DNA of 64,000 nucleotides from Candidatus Poribacteria bacterium (GTDB lineage Bacteria; Poribacteria; WGA-4E; WGA-3G), in NCBI GenBank assembly GCA_965205015.1, contig OZ242029.1:2432001-2496000 (forward strand), given 5' to 3'. Below are positions 17,311 to 26,762 of this stretch, in pieces (within the stretch, counting starts at the first letter, position 1; the number at the start of each line of letters is the position of its first letter). Under the pieces are notes generated by a model. The model made no database searches. It was given only the letters and a program-made list of their open reading frames with translations, and had not been told where the DNA came from. Position numbers and translations under genes: made by a program.

Positions 17311-18210
17311 ATGCTTACACCGCAATTCCTGAAGCAACTTGAACCCTTCCATATCCGATCGAACCGCTCGTTCCGAGGTAAATTCAGAGGTGAACGCCGG
17401 AGTCCGAACCGGGGTGTAGGCATGGAATTCGCCGATTATCGGGTTTATGAACCTGGCGACGACCTACGGCATGTCGATTGGAACATCTACGCCCGTCTGG
17501 GGAAACTCTTTATCAAACTCTTCCACGCTGACGAGGGGCTCCCACTCGCACTCCTCATTGATAACAGTCGTTCTATGGCATTTGGCTCACCCACCAAGTT
17601 AGCGTGTGCCAAACAGATCGCCGCGGCGTTAGGCTATGTCGCTTTGGGACACGCCGATAGCGTTGCTGTCTATACCTGTGCCGAACGGCTCTCCGTGGCA
17701 CTACCCCCTGCATCGAGCACATCACAATTTTCACGTCTCACAAAGATTTTGACCGCAATTGCAGCAGATGGACAAACGCGGCTGACGGAATGTCTCAGGC
17801 AGTTGCCGATGTATCAACGACACCCGTGCGCGGTTGCCATCCTTTCCGATTTTTTGGATCCCAGTGGCTATGAACAGGGCTTCAAATTGCTCACAGGACG
17901 CGGCTTCTCACTCGCAGCTATCCACCTGATGAGTCCGGAGGAGGTGAACCCACAGGTATACTTGGAAAACACGCCTACTGGAGGGGACTGGTTGATAGAG
18001 GATGCCGAAACCGGTGAAACGAGAGCCGTCACAATGAATCCTGAAACGCTCTCACAATACCGGAACCAACAACAGGCGTTTTGTGAAACCTTGCAACGTT
18101 TCTGTACCGACCAAGGTGTTAGTTACGCGCAATTGAAAAGTGATGCGCCTATAGAGCCCTTTATTTTACAGGAATTACACAGCGCCGGTCTTATCCAGAG
18201 AAATCGTTAA
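17311..18210 (+). CDS. DUF58 domain protein (MoxR-associated, vWA-like)
   Basis: EFADYRVYEPGDDLRHVDWN..AR, DNSRSM, LSDF; start at ATG 17311 is inferred. Confidence 0.9.
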   Translation: MLTPQFLKQLEPFHIRSNRSFRGKFRGERRSPNRGVGMEFADYRVYEPGDDLRHVDWNIYARLGKLFIKLFHADEGLPLALLIDNSRSMAFGSPTKLACAKQIAAALGYVALGHADSVAVYTCAERLSVALPPASSTSQFSRLTKILTAIAADGQTRLTECLRQLPMYQRHPCAVAILSDFLDPSGYEQGFKLLTGRGFSLAAIHLMSPEEVNPQVYLENTPTGGDWLIEDAETGETRAVTMNPETLSQYRNQQQAFCETLQRFCTDQGVSYAQLKSDAPIEPFILQELHSAGLIQRNR

Positions 18211-18222
18211 AGGAGGAATGAA

Positions 18223-18759
18223 ATGAAAACGCAGATTGCACAAACCGATGTGGAACTCATCCAAGGGGATATAACCAAAGCCCCCGTTGATGCTATCGTG
18301 AACGCGGCGAACAGTGCCCTTATCGGTGGGGGTGGTGTAGACGGGGCAATACGTCGCGCCGGTGGCGATGCAATCGAGCAAGCGTGTGCCGAGATTCGCG
18401 CCCGTGAGGGGGGCTGTCCTACCGGCAAAGCGGTTATTACGACGGGCGGCAATCTTCACGCAAAATACGTGATTCACACTGTGGGACCCGTCTGGGAGGG
18501 TGGGAATTCCGGTGAGCCGGAACTGCTTGCGAGTTGTTATCAAGAGAGCCTCCGACTTGCTGTGGAAAACGGTGTTCAGAGCGTTGCTTTTCCTTCTATT
18601 AGTACCGGTATTTTTGGCTACCCGACAGAGAAGGCGGCACGTGTTGCGCTGACTGCCGTGAGACGTTTCGTGGAACAAAATAACACCGCACCGGCATCCA
18701 TTCAGTTTGTCCTGTTTGATGAGGCGACGTATACATGTTATACGAACGCACTTTTTTAA
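18223..18759 (+). CDS. ymdB: Macrodomain O-acetyl-ADP-ribose deacetylase
   Basis: GDIT, AIVNAAN, GGGGVDGAI, VIHTVGP, FPSISTGIFGYP. Confidence 0.9.
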   Translation: MKTQIAQTDVELIQGDITKAPVDAIVNAANSALIGGGGVDGAIRRAGGDAIEQACAEIRAREGGCPTGKAVITTGGNLHAKYVIHTVGPVWEGGNSGEPELLASCYQESLRLAVENGVQSVAFPSISTGIFGYPTEKAARVALTAVRRFVEQNNTAPASIQFVLFDEATYTCYTNALF

Positions 18760-18799
18760 CGATGAGTTTCTGGCTCCATAGAGGAACACAAGATCCCAT

Positions 18800-18823
18800 G
18801 TAGGCGGGAACTCCGATTCCCGA
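18800..18823 (+). repeat. GTAG-type REP hairpin
   Basis: GTAGG-CGGGAA-ctccga-TTCCCG. Confidence 0.5.
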
Positions 18824-18874
18824 CGCTTCCGATGAAGCTCTCCGGCGGAGGGTTTCCATGTCTATAGACCCAAA

Positions 18875-20053
18875 TTGAACGACCGCAAATTTAGCCGAAT
18901 CTCACTTATCCTTCCCATCTATATTCCAGCGTTTCTGTTGGCAACAGGCGGAGGCATTGTTTCACCGACGCTTTCGATTTATGTTAAATCGTTTGAGTTA
19001 TCCTATACATTGACGACGGTTGTCCTTGCTGTCGGTGTGCTTGGAAATATTCCCGCTGGCATTTTAGTGGAAAGACTCGGTCGCAAGTTATCGATGTTGC
19101 TCGGTTTGGTCATGATAGGTCTGTCAACGCTGGGTATGGGAACGGCAGGGAATTTCTTCCAACTGATCGGTGCCCAGTTACTTGGGGGCATTGGACACGC
19201 TTTGTGGATGCTTGCGCGGCATGCGTATATGACGGATGTGATCCCGATAGCGAATCGCGGGAGAGCGATTGCCCTGTTCGGGGGCGTGAATCGGATGGGC
19301 ACCTTCGCGGGGCAGTTCTGCTCTATCTTTCTTGGGGTGAATCTCCGTCTTCCCTTCTTCATCTATGCTGGCATTGTGATGCTGAACCTTCTCCTCTGTT
19401 TCTTCTTCATTCCGGGAACGCGGCGCACTGCAACTGAAGTGGCAGAGAAGAAAATGCCTTACCTAAAACATCTCCTTGAGATCTCGCGCCAGCATGCGCG
19501 ACTCCTCGCCACGGCAGGGATGGGGCAGGTATGTGTGCAGACGTTACGCCGCGGGTGCAATATCATTATTCCACTCTATGCGGACGAGGTGGTCGGGCTA
19601 ACAACACAACAGGTTCGCTCCGTCGTCATGATCTCCTCAGCGGTAGATATGTCGATGTTCCCAATTGCGGGATATATGATGGATCGGTTCGGTCGGAGAT
19701 ATGCAACAGTGCCGGGGGTTTTCATTTTTGCCACGGGCATGGTGTTAATGCCGTTTACTGGGACATTTACGGGGTTACTGCTTGCCGCAATCTTCATGCG
19801 GATGGGGAACGGCATCGCTTCAGGGACGATGATGACGCTCGGCGCAGACTTGGCACCCCGCGACGGAACCGGAGAGTTCTTAGGTTTATGGCGACTCACG
19901 GGAGATTTCGGCGGTTCAGCGGGACCCGTTATTGTCGGTAATCTTGCCGATCTGTTCGGGTTGAGCTATTCCGGTTTCGCATTGGGAGGTATCGGTTATC
20001 TCGCGGTGACCATTTTCCTGCGGTGGGTCCCGGAAACGTTGCAAAGAGAGTGA
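18875..20053 (+). CDS. MFS transporter
   Basis: About 12 hydrophobic segments; GILVERLGRK and GYMMDRFGRR motif-A copies. Confidence 0.9.
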   Translation: MNDRKFSRISLILPIYIPAFLLATGGGIVSPTLSIYVKSFELSYTLTTVVLAVGVLGNIPAGILVERLGRKLSMLLGLVMIGLSTLGMGTAGNFFQLIGAQLLGGIGHALWMLARHAYMTDVIPIANRGRAIALFGGVNRMGTFAGQFCSIFLGVNLRLPFFIYAGIVMLNLLLCFFFIPGTRRTATEVAEKKMPYLKHLLEISRQHARLLATAGMGQVCVQTLRRGCNIIIPLYADEVVGLTTQQVRSVVMISSAVDMSMFPIAGYMMDRFGRRYATVPGVFIFATGMVLMPFTGTFTGLLLAAIFMRMGNGIASGTMMTLGADLAPRDGTGEFLGLWRLTGDFGGSAGPVIVGNLADLFGLSYSGFALGGIGYLAVTIFLRWVPETLQRE

Positions 20054-20100
20054 ATCAGAAAGGCGCGCTTTCCAAGCGCGCCTAAACCGTCTTTCGTGAA

Positions 20101-20186
20101 TGCCGGGAAAGGGACTCGAACCCTTACGCGCATAATGCACACTAGACCCTGAACCTAGCCTGTCTACCAAATTTCAGCATCCCGGC
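20101..20186 (-). tRNA. tRNA-Leu(CAG)
   Basis: GCCGGGA acceptor stem, D-loop TGGTAGAC, anticodon loop TTCAGGG, long variable arm, GTTCGAGTC T-loop; CCA not encoded. Confidence 0.95.
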
Positions 20187-20196
20187 ACGCAATTAT

Positions 20197-20225
20197 AGTA
20201 TACCCGAATTTCCATCCTTTGTCAA
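20197..20225 (-). promoter_or_regulatory. Sigma70 promoter of tRNA-Leu
   Basis: TTGACA-N17-TATACT on the minus strand, just upstream of the tRNA. Confidence 0.75.
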
Positions 20226-20296
20226 ATTATATTCCCGGAAACAGGACAACAGGAAATCGGATTAAACTTGTAATATACTTGATCAGTCTAACGTAA

Positions 20297-20415
20297 TTAT
20301 AGTAAAGTTTAGAATTAATTAGACACTTTAAAGAGGCGAGGATACAATCCTCGCCAGCGGCGGAGAGGATTGTTTCGCTAAGCAACTGTCTACATATTTT
20401 TCGACTTTACTATAA
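20297..20415. mobile_element. 119-bp MITE-like element, copy 2
   Basis: Identical to 3907-4025, with the same 12-bp TIRs. Confidence 0.85.
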
Positions 20416-20492
20416 CAAACCGGTTACATTTCAGTTAGTAGCAGTGATTTGGGATCGTGATTCTCTGAACAGCAAAAAAGGAGCGCAAATTC

Positions 20493-21242
20493 ATGAGAAT
20501 AGGAATATTTCTTTGCACAATACTCGCCCTAAGTCTCGTCGTCGGTTATAGTCAAGCCGAGATTGATCCTGATAGGATTGTCGGTATCTGGTTAATGGAC
20601 GAAGGTAAAGGCGATGTCGCTGAAGACGCATCCGAAAATGGACGTAAAGGCACGATTACGCGAGGGGAATGGGCAAAAGGCAAGGTCGATGGTGCTCTTG
20701 AAATCAAAAAAGGTGGGACGGTTACTATCCCCCTCGGTAAAGGTATTATCGAAGATAAAGTGACCTTCACCCTATGGATAAACTTTACCGACATCGGCGG
20801 TCAACAGAACTACTTCTCGATATGGGATCAGAGCAACAACCGCTATGTTCCTTACAAAAACGGTGGCAACCTCCTCCGCAGTTGGACGAATAATTGGGAT
20901 GTCGCCAGTGGTGTGACCGTCAAAGATGGAACTTGGTATCATGTCGCCAACGTCTACGACGGGGATAACTGTACAATCTATATCAACGGCGAAGAGAAAG
21001 TCTCACAAAAGGTCCCGAAGTTCCAACTCCAAGATCAGGATCAAACGGCGTGGCTCGCAACTGACAGAGGCACAGGTTTCCTCTCCGCCACCATTATGGA
21101 CGAGGTCGGTCTCTTCAACGATGGACTCACCGAAGATGAAGTTCAGGGTATTATGAACGACGGTATCTCATTCACGGTTTTTGCTGTGGAGCCGTCAGGT
21201 AAACTCCCTGTGCTGTGGGGAAAACTGAAGTCGCGTTTTTAA
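20493..21242 (+). CDS. Secreted LamG-like domain protein with C-terminal WG motif
   Basis: Signal peptide; WLMDEGKG..AEDASENG, WYHVA..YDG, IYING, MDEVGLFN; ends AVEPSGKLPVLWGKLKSRF. Confidence 0.9.
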   Translation: MRIGIFLCTILALSLVVGYSQAEIDPDRIVGIWLMDEGKGDVAEDASENGRKGTITRGEWAKGKVDGALEIKKGGTVTIPLGKGIIEDKVTFTLWINFTDIGGQQNYFSIWDQSNNRYVPYKNGGNLLRSWTNNWDVASGVTVKDGTWYHVANVYDGDNCTIYINGEEKVSQKVPKFQLQDQDQTAWLATDRGTGFLSATIMDEVGLFNDGLTEDEVQGIMNDGISFTVFAVEPSGKLPVLWGKLKSRF

Positions 21243-21318
21243 TTCTCCCTTGCGGATAAGTATTGGCTGCTTGTATCTGCGTGTTTTTGCTGTTCAAGCA
21301 GCCATAGTTAAAAGGCCT

Positions 21319-21810
21319 ATGATATATTTCGCATACGGGTCCAACATGAACCTCTCTCACATGCAACAGCGGTGCCCGGGTGTCACGCCCATAGAAAAAT
21401 TCCAACTTGAGGGGTTTCGCCTCGTTTTCAAATACCACGCCGATATTCTTCCGACAGAGGGATCTATAGTCCACGGCGGACTCTGGGAGATTACAGAGGC
21501 TCACGAAGAGGCACTTGATACCTATGAAGGGTATCCCGACTATTACGGAAAGTATTACCAAGACGGTGTCATGTTTTACAGGATGCGGGAGGGATATGAG
21601 AAGGATTTTGAAGCCCCTTCAAAATGGTACCTAAAAACTATTATTCAGGGTTACCGTGATTTTGGGTTGACGCAGGAAGAATTTGAAGAGAGCCTCGGTG
21701 CCCAACAGCTTGGGTTAACACAAAAGGACCTCGAAGAGAGTCTTGGTGTGTCAATAAATGAACTCGCCCGTCTATTTTCCCGCGTCGCCACCACTCCTGT
21801 CTACCAGTAA
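21319..21810 (+). CDS. Gamma-glutamylcyclotransferase family protein
   Basis: YFAYGSNM, LDTYEG, PSxxYL..I..G motifs; start at ATG 21319. Confidence 0.85.
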   Translation: MIYFAYGSNMNLSHMQQRCPGVTPIEKFQLEGFRLVFKYHADILPTEGSIVHGGLWEITEAHEEALDTYEGYPDYYGKYYQDGVMFYRMREGYEKDFEAPSKWYLKTIIQGYRDFGLTQEEFEESLGAQQLGLTQKDLEESLGVSINELARLFSRVATTPVYQ

Positions 21811-21820
21811 ACCCCGTATT

Positions 21821-23551
21821 TCAAATCACCCGTTTCACGTACACGTAATACGCCCCGATTGCCAACTCACCCGTTTCGTCGGCGAACTCGGTATGCATGC
21901 GTGTTTGACCAGCGGTGAGATGGAACGTAAACGTTACACCCTTCGCACCTGGTGGAATCACTTTTGTTGCAGCCTTATCCCCGATACGGATTTTCGCTGC
22001 TGTTAATCCCAGAGCCTTGCCGCCGTTATAAAGATCGATGTGTTCCCCCGGAATACCATCCGTTATTGCCCTATCCTCGGCGAGGGGCCACCGACGCAAC
22101 TCGAAACTGTACTCCCCATCTTCGGGGACCTCAATTGCCCAGTAACCGTTGCATTCTAAACCTCGACGAATCATCCCCTGATTCCAAGCGTGCGCTTCTC
22201 CGTGCCAATCGTGGGTCGTGATGCACGTAACGGGTTCATTTTGCGTCCCGATAACGATCGGACAGTCCTCATCAAACCGTTCCGAAACCAGTTTCCACCA
22301 CGCTTCATAATGCTCGCGGAGTTCCGAGACGACTTCCGGATGGTCGTCAGCGATATCGTGTTGTTGTCCGGGATCGGCTTGTATATCGTAAAGTTCGGTT
22401 CCATTGATGAGCCGCCACTGTTGCGACATCGTCGCGCTGTCTTTCCACTTAATCGGGTTTTCAACCCGTTGCGAGTCAGTGACGATAACCCGTTCCTCCC
22501 ACGCTTCCGTTTCGTTTCTCAACAACGGGACGATACTGGTGCCATGGAAGTATGCGTTTGAGGAGACCTCAAGATCGCACAGATCTATCAACGTTGGGAG
22601 TAGGTCGATGTTTGCGGTGAGTTCGTGTACCTCGTGCTTTTCAGTGAAACCGCCGTCGGGCCAATGCATAAACAGTGGCACACGGTGGCCGCCTTCATAC
22701 GGCGACCCTTTTTTACCGCGCATTCCGGCGTTGTAGCCCGCCCTGACAAACTGCTGTGCATCCAGATCGCACCCCATTGCGGACCCGTTATCGGTCATGA
22801 AGATGAGGATGGTGTTTTCCTCAAGTCCCAAGACTCGGAGATGGTGCCGCAGTCGTGCCATGTTGTCGTCGATATTGGTAATCATTCCCCAGAAATTCGC
22901 ACGCTCGCCTTCCACGCCTTTTCGTCGGTAAACCTCACTGTAGGCATTGGGAACGCGGAATGGACCGTGCGGTGCGTTGGTAGAGAGGTAACAAAAGAAC
23001 GGACGGTTCTGACCGCCTTCCGCTTGTCTCTCGATGAATGCCATCGCCTCTTGGAACCAGACATCTGTGCAGTAACCGTCAAAGGGTTGTTCGGAACCGT
23101 TGCGGAAATAGGTGTCGTCGAAATAGTCATTGCCCCAATAGTCCGGCGTTTGACTGATACCGCCACCACCGTGGTAGAGGGCTTCGTCAAAACCTCTGTC
23201 GTGTGGACGGAACGGGTAATTGTCGCCGAGATGCCATTTCCCGAACATACCCGTTTTGTAACCATTGCGTCGGAAGATATCTGCCATCGTGACTTCGTCG
23301 CTGCGCAGGAGTGAGCGTCCACCGATGGTATGCCATACCCCCGTGGAGTTGCAATAATGCCCCGTCATAATTCCTGCGCGTGTCGGTGAACAGGTGGGAC
23401 CGACGTGCAGGTTCTGCAATTGCACACTTTCTCCAGCAAGTGCGTCCAGATTCGGCGTGTTGATAACGGGGTTTCCGGTGCACCCCAAATCGCCGTAACC
23501 TTGGTCATCCGTAATAACAAAAACGAGGTTCGGTGTCGTCTGTTCTGCCAC
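21821..23551 (-). CDS. Arylsulfatase (formylglycine-dependent)
   Basis: PNLVFVITDDQG, CSPTR, GKWHLG, TDNG, GKKGSPYEGGHRVP. Confidence 0.95.
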   Translation of the reverse strand: MAEQTTPNLVFVITDDQGYGDLGCTGNPVINTPNLDALAGESVQLQNLHVGPTCSPTRAGIMTGHYCNSTGVWHTIGGRSLLRSDEVTMADIFRRNGYKTGMFGKWHLGDNYPFRPHDRGFDEALYHGGGGISQTPDYWGNDYFDDTYFRNGSEQPFDGYCTDVWFQEAMAFIERQAEGGQNRPFFCYLSTNAPHGPFRVPNAYSEVYRRKGVEGERANFWGMITNIDDNMARLRHHLRVLGLEENTILIFMTDNGSAMGCDLDAQQFVRAGYNAGMRGKKGSPYEGGHRVPLFMHWPDGGFTEKHEVHELTANIDLLPTLIDLCDLEVSSNAYFHGTSIVPLLRNETEAWEERVIVTDSQRVENPIKWKDSATMSQQWRLINGTELYDIQADPGQQHDIADDHPEVVSELREHYEAWWKLVSERFDEDCPIVIGTQNEPVTCITTHDWHGEAHAWNQGMIRRGLECNGYWAIEVPEDGEYSFELRRWPLAEDRAITDGIPGEHIDLYNGGKALGLTAAKIRIGDKAATKVIPPGAKGVTFTFHLTAGQTRMHTEFADETGELAIGAYYVYVKRVI

Positions 23552-23657
23552 GATAAAATCTCCTATAGCGCCTCAAAAGACACGCCTATTAGTTGTCTGG
23601 CGGCGTGTCTACGAGGTATGCAACGTCAAGGGTGCTGTAAGCCGTACATAAAAATAT

Positions 23658-24845
23658 TTATGCTAACGCCTTTTTGATTCGATCCAATCCGCGATGAATC
23701 TCCTCCGACGAGGTCGCGAAGGAGAGGCGTAAATGATTGTCTGCGCCGAAACCGTCTCCCGGCACAACGCCGACACCTGCTGAATTGAGCAGATAATCGG
23801 TGATGTCCATTGAGTTTTCGATCTTCTGTCCGCCGAGGGTTCTGCCGTAGTGACCAGAGAAATCGGGGAAGATGTAGAACGCGCCCTGCGGTCTGGCATA
23901 ACTGATCCCATCAATCTCGTCAAAACGTTGACAGATTACGTCTCGGCGTTCCTCGAATGCTTTTCGCATCTCTTCGACAGCGTCTTGGGGGTCATTGAGT
24001 GCAACGAGGGCGGCTTTCTGGGCAATGGATGTCGGATTTGAAGTGCTGTGGGATTGGATACGCGACATCGCCGATACGGCGTCTTCGGGACCCGCGGTGT
24101 ATCCAATCCGCCATCCCGTCATTGAGTAGGCTTTGGATACCCCGTTGACAACGAAGGTAATCGCTTTCGTCTCCTCGTTGAACGCAGCCGGACTCTGATG
24201 TGTTGCCCCGTCGTAGAGCAGTGCTTCATAGATTTCATCGGAGATGAGATAGATTTGGTGCTTCACAGCGAGGTCGGCGATTGCCTTGAGCGTATCCACA
24301 TTGTATGTCGTGCCGGTCGGGTTGCTCGGACTGTTAACGAGAATCGCCTTCGTTTTTGGCGTGATGGCTGCTTCGACCTGATCGGGTGCCATGCAGAAAT
24401 TTTGCTTCGGAGTCGTCTCGATGACGCGCGGCACTGCCCCCGCAAGTTTGACCTGCTCTGGGTAGCTGACCCAGTAGGGTGCGGCGAAGATGACCTCGTC
24501 GCCTGGATCACAGATGGCTTGGAAAATGTTATAGATGGTGTGTTTGGCACCGCATGAGACGATAACTTCGGAAGGTTTGTAGCTGAGTCCGTTGTCTCGT
24601 TTGAATTTCTCTGTGATCGCCTCCCGAAGTTCGGGGGTGCCGGGAACAGGGGTGTATTTCGTGAACCCCGCATTGAGTGCGGCGATTGCGGCATCTTTGA
24701 TATAATCGGGTGTGTCAAAATCGGGTTCACCTGCCCCGAATTTGACGACATCTACGCCATCAGCGATCAACGCGTTGATTTTCGCGGTGATCGCCAAAGT
24801 GGACGAAGGTGTTACGTTTTGACTCCGTTCTGATAATGAGATCAT
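23658..24845 (-). CDS. aspC: Aspartate aminotransferase (PLP class I/II)
   Basis: GEPDFDTP, NSPSNPTG, SDEIY, SKAYSMTGWRIGY. Confidence 0.9.
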   Translation of the reverse strand: MISLSERSQNVTPSSTLAITAKINALIADGVDVVKFGAGEPDFDTPDYIKDAAIAALNAGFTKYTPVPGTPELREAITEKFKRDNGLSYKPSEVIVSCGAKHTIYNIFQAICDPGDEVIFAAPYWVSYPEQVKLAGAVPRVIETTPKQNFCMAPDQVEAAITPKTKAILVNSPSNPTGTTYNVDTLKAIADLAVKHQIYLISDEIYEALLYDGATHQSPAAFNEETKAITFVVNGVSKAYSMTGWRIGYTAGPEDAVSAMSRIQSHSTSNPTSIAQKAALVALNDPQDAVEEMRKAFEERRDVICQRFDEIDGISYARPQGAFYIFPDFSGHYGRTLGGQKIENSMDITDYLLNSAGVGVVPGDGFGADNHLRLSFATSSEEIHRGLDRIKKALA

Positions 24846-24966
24846 TCGCTCTCCTTATTTTTAGATGTAACTGGAATTGGGCAAGTTTAAGTCTTATCTC
24901 TATCTTCCAAAAATTCTTATTGCACTTGAAAATTGTCTATGTGTCCAGAATTGAACTTTCTCATTC

Positions 24967-25407
24967 TTATGCAATTATAGTTAAAGCAGCCATTGAAGGG
25001 TATTCACCAAGTGCAGCCAATTCAGCACGCTCAATTAATCGGTCGACATGATTGAAATTGAGAATACGGGCAGTCACCTCACCAATGGGTGTAAGAGCAA
25101 CTATCTTAATGCTATCTAATCTAAAGTGGTCCTTCCACTGGTCAACGCGAGGATTGAAGAAACGGCAAAACCGCTGTGTCTCCCATACAATAGATCCAAT
25201 ATCGCTGCCTTTGTTGCGATTACAGTATGAACACGCATAGGCAAGATTACTTTCTTGAGTGGTCCCTCCATGTTTCTCGCTGATAATGTGATCTACCTGA
25301 CAACCAAAGTAGGTATCCTCTTCGTTAATCAGGCAGTATTCACATAGACTTTTGGCGCGGGTCCTAACCAACTGTCTTAAGGCAACAGAGACATAAGTCT
25401 TACTCAT
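24967..25407 (-). CDS. HNH endonuclease
   Basis: CEYC...VDHII..KHGG...NLAYACSYCNRNK, FFNPR...W..HF. Confidence 0.9.
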   Translation of the reverse strand: MSKTYVSVALRQLVRTRAKSLCEYCLINEEDTYFGCQVDHIISEKHGGTTQESNLAYACSYCNRNKGSDIGSIVWETQRFCRFFNPRVDQWKDHFRLDSIKIVALTPIGEVTARILNFNHVDRLIERAELAALGEYPSMAALTIIA

Positions 25408-25642
25408 TTTTTAAATAATATCGAGCGCGAGATTTAGCGAGACGCATCAGGTGTTCAAGTTGCAAACAGTGATTAAGTTCTACCGTTTCTTCAGAGGTTA
25501 GTCCGGTTGTCTTCTCTCGATGGATAAGATCTGCAATACGCTCCTTTGCATCTTCGGATGGACAAAAGTCTATTAAATTTTGAGGGGTCGTCCCTGCTGC
25601 AATAAAATCAATGATTTCTTGATATGCTGGTGATATGTACAT
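25400..25642 (-). CDS. Small conserved hypothetical protein (HNH-associated, antitoxin-like)
   Basis: MYISPAYQEIIDFIAAG...LEHLMRLAKSRA; GGAG RBS; overlaps the HNH start. Confidence 0.7.
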   Translation of the reverse strand: MYISPAYQEIIDFIAAGTTPQNLIDFCPSEDAKERIADLIHREKTTGLTSEETVELNHCLQLEHLMRLAKSRARYYLKNE

Positions 25643-25847
25643 TGAATTCTCCTTCCTCATTTTTTGCGAGGTAGTAGAGAATAGTTGCGTGTATTTTTTC
25701 AAGACTTAAGGTTGGGTAGCGTAGCAGGATCTCTTCAGGACTCGCACCTTCCAGATAATCTTCTAATACAATCTCAATCCCAATGCGATTCCCATTAATC
25801 CGGATGACGTCCTCTTGAATGAAGTCGAAGTAACTTTCCAGTTCCAT
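25608..25847 (-). CDS. DUF433 family protein, possibly C-terminally truncated
   Basis: IRINGNRIGIEIVL..Y..GASPEEI...YPTLSLEKIHA.I.YY. Confidence 0.75.
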   Translation of the reverse strand: MELESYFDFIQEDVIRINGNRIGIEIVLEDYLEGASPEEILLRYPTLSLEKIHATILYYLAKNEEGEFNVHITSISRNH

Positions 25848-25860
25848 CGTCGAATTCCCC

Positions 25861-26730
25861 TCACAATGTCTTATCTAATTCCTTCAACAAATTCCGCTGT
25901 TTGCGAGATAAAGACTTCGGAATCTCCACAACCAACCGCACCCGTAAGTCGCCTTTTCTGCCGGAGGTGTCTACCCCGCCGCGCCCACGTAAGCGAAACT
26001 GCTGTCCCGGTTGCGATCCAGACGGGATTTTCAGATCCACGTCCCCCGTTAGCGTTTGTACCCGAACGGAACCACCCAACGCCGCTGTCGTCATAGAGAC
26101 GTTCGCATCCGTTAGGAGATCTGCACCTTCGCGGGTCAGTGTTGGATGTGGTTGAACAGAGACCGTCACCAACAAGTCGCCCGAAATACCGCTGCCGAGA
26201 GATTCTCCATGCCCCTGAATACGTAAGGTTTTTCCATCTTGAATACCCGGCGGAATTGTAAGTCTGAGAGGTTTTCCTTGGACATTGACCTCTTTTTTGC
26301 TACCTAACATCGCATCCGCGAAAGGGATACTAACGTTAATACGGATATCGCGTCCGCGAGGTGGAACAGTTGTGCGCCGTTGTCCGAACGCATCACCGAA
26401 TGCCTCGCCAAATCCACCGAACCTACCGAACCCACCGCGTCCGAAGATATCGTCAAGGTTCAGGTTTCTGAAAATATCGTCCATCGTCCGATACCCTTCA
26501 AACCCCATACTTTCGACCCCGGCGTGCCCGCGGATATCATACATACGCCGTTTTTCAGGATCCGAGAGGACCGAATACGCGTTCGATGCCTCCTTGAACT
26601 TCTCCTCCGCCGCTTTGTCACCGGGATTCTTGTCCGGATGGTACTGGACCGCAAGTTTGCGATAGGCTTTTTTGATTTCTTCTGGAGTGGCTCCTCGATT
26701 CACGCCGAGGATTTCGTAGTAGTCTCTCAT
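25861..26730 (-). CDS. DnaJ class B / CbpA-like co-chaperone
   Basis: J domain with HPD, G/F-rich linker, C-terminal domain, no zinc finger. Confidence 0.92.
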   Translation of the reverse strand: MRDYYEILGVNRGATPEEIKKAYRKLAVQYHPDKNPGDKAAEEKFKEASNAYSVLSDPEKRRMYDIRGHAGVESMGFEGYRTMDDIFRNLNLDDIFGRGGFGRFGGFGEAFGDAFGQRRTTVPPRGRDIRINVSIPFADAMLGSKKEVNVQGKPLRLTIPPGIQDGKTLRIQGHGESLGSGISGDLLVTVSVQPHPTLTREGADLLTDANVSMTTAALGGSVRVQTLTGDVDLKIPSGSQPGQQFRLRGRGGVDTSGRKGDLRVRLVVEIPKSLSRKQRNLLKELDKTL

Positions 26731-26762
26731 AGTCCTTTCACAAATGCTGCAACGATTGTCCC

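Noticed and set aside
20101-20415. tRNA-anchored genomic island or prophage
   Set aside because: No integrase, no duplicated tRNA 3' end, no phage genes; only a MITE on the 5' side
22625-23314. Long antisense ORFs (also 18175-18789, 34824-35516, 40214-40822, 56421-57113, 60313-60948)
   Set aside because: They lie opposite well-supported genes and have no motifs; typical shadow ORFs
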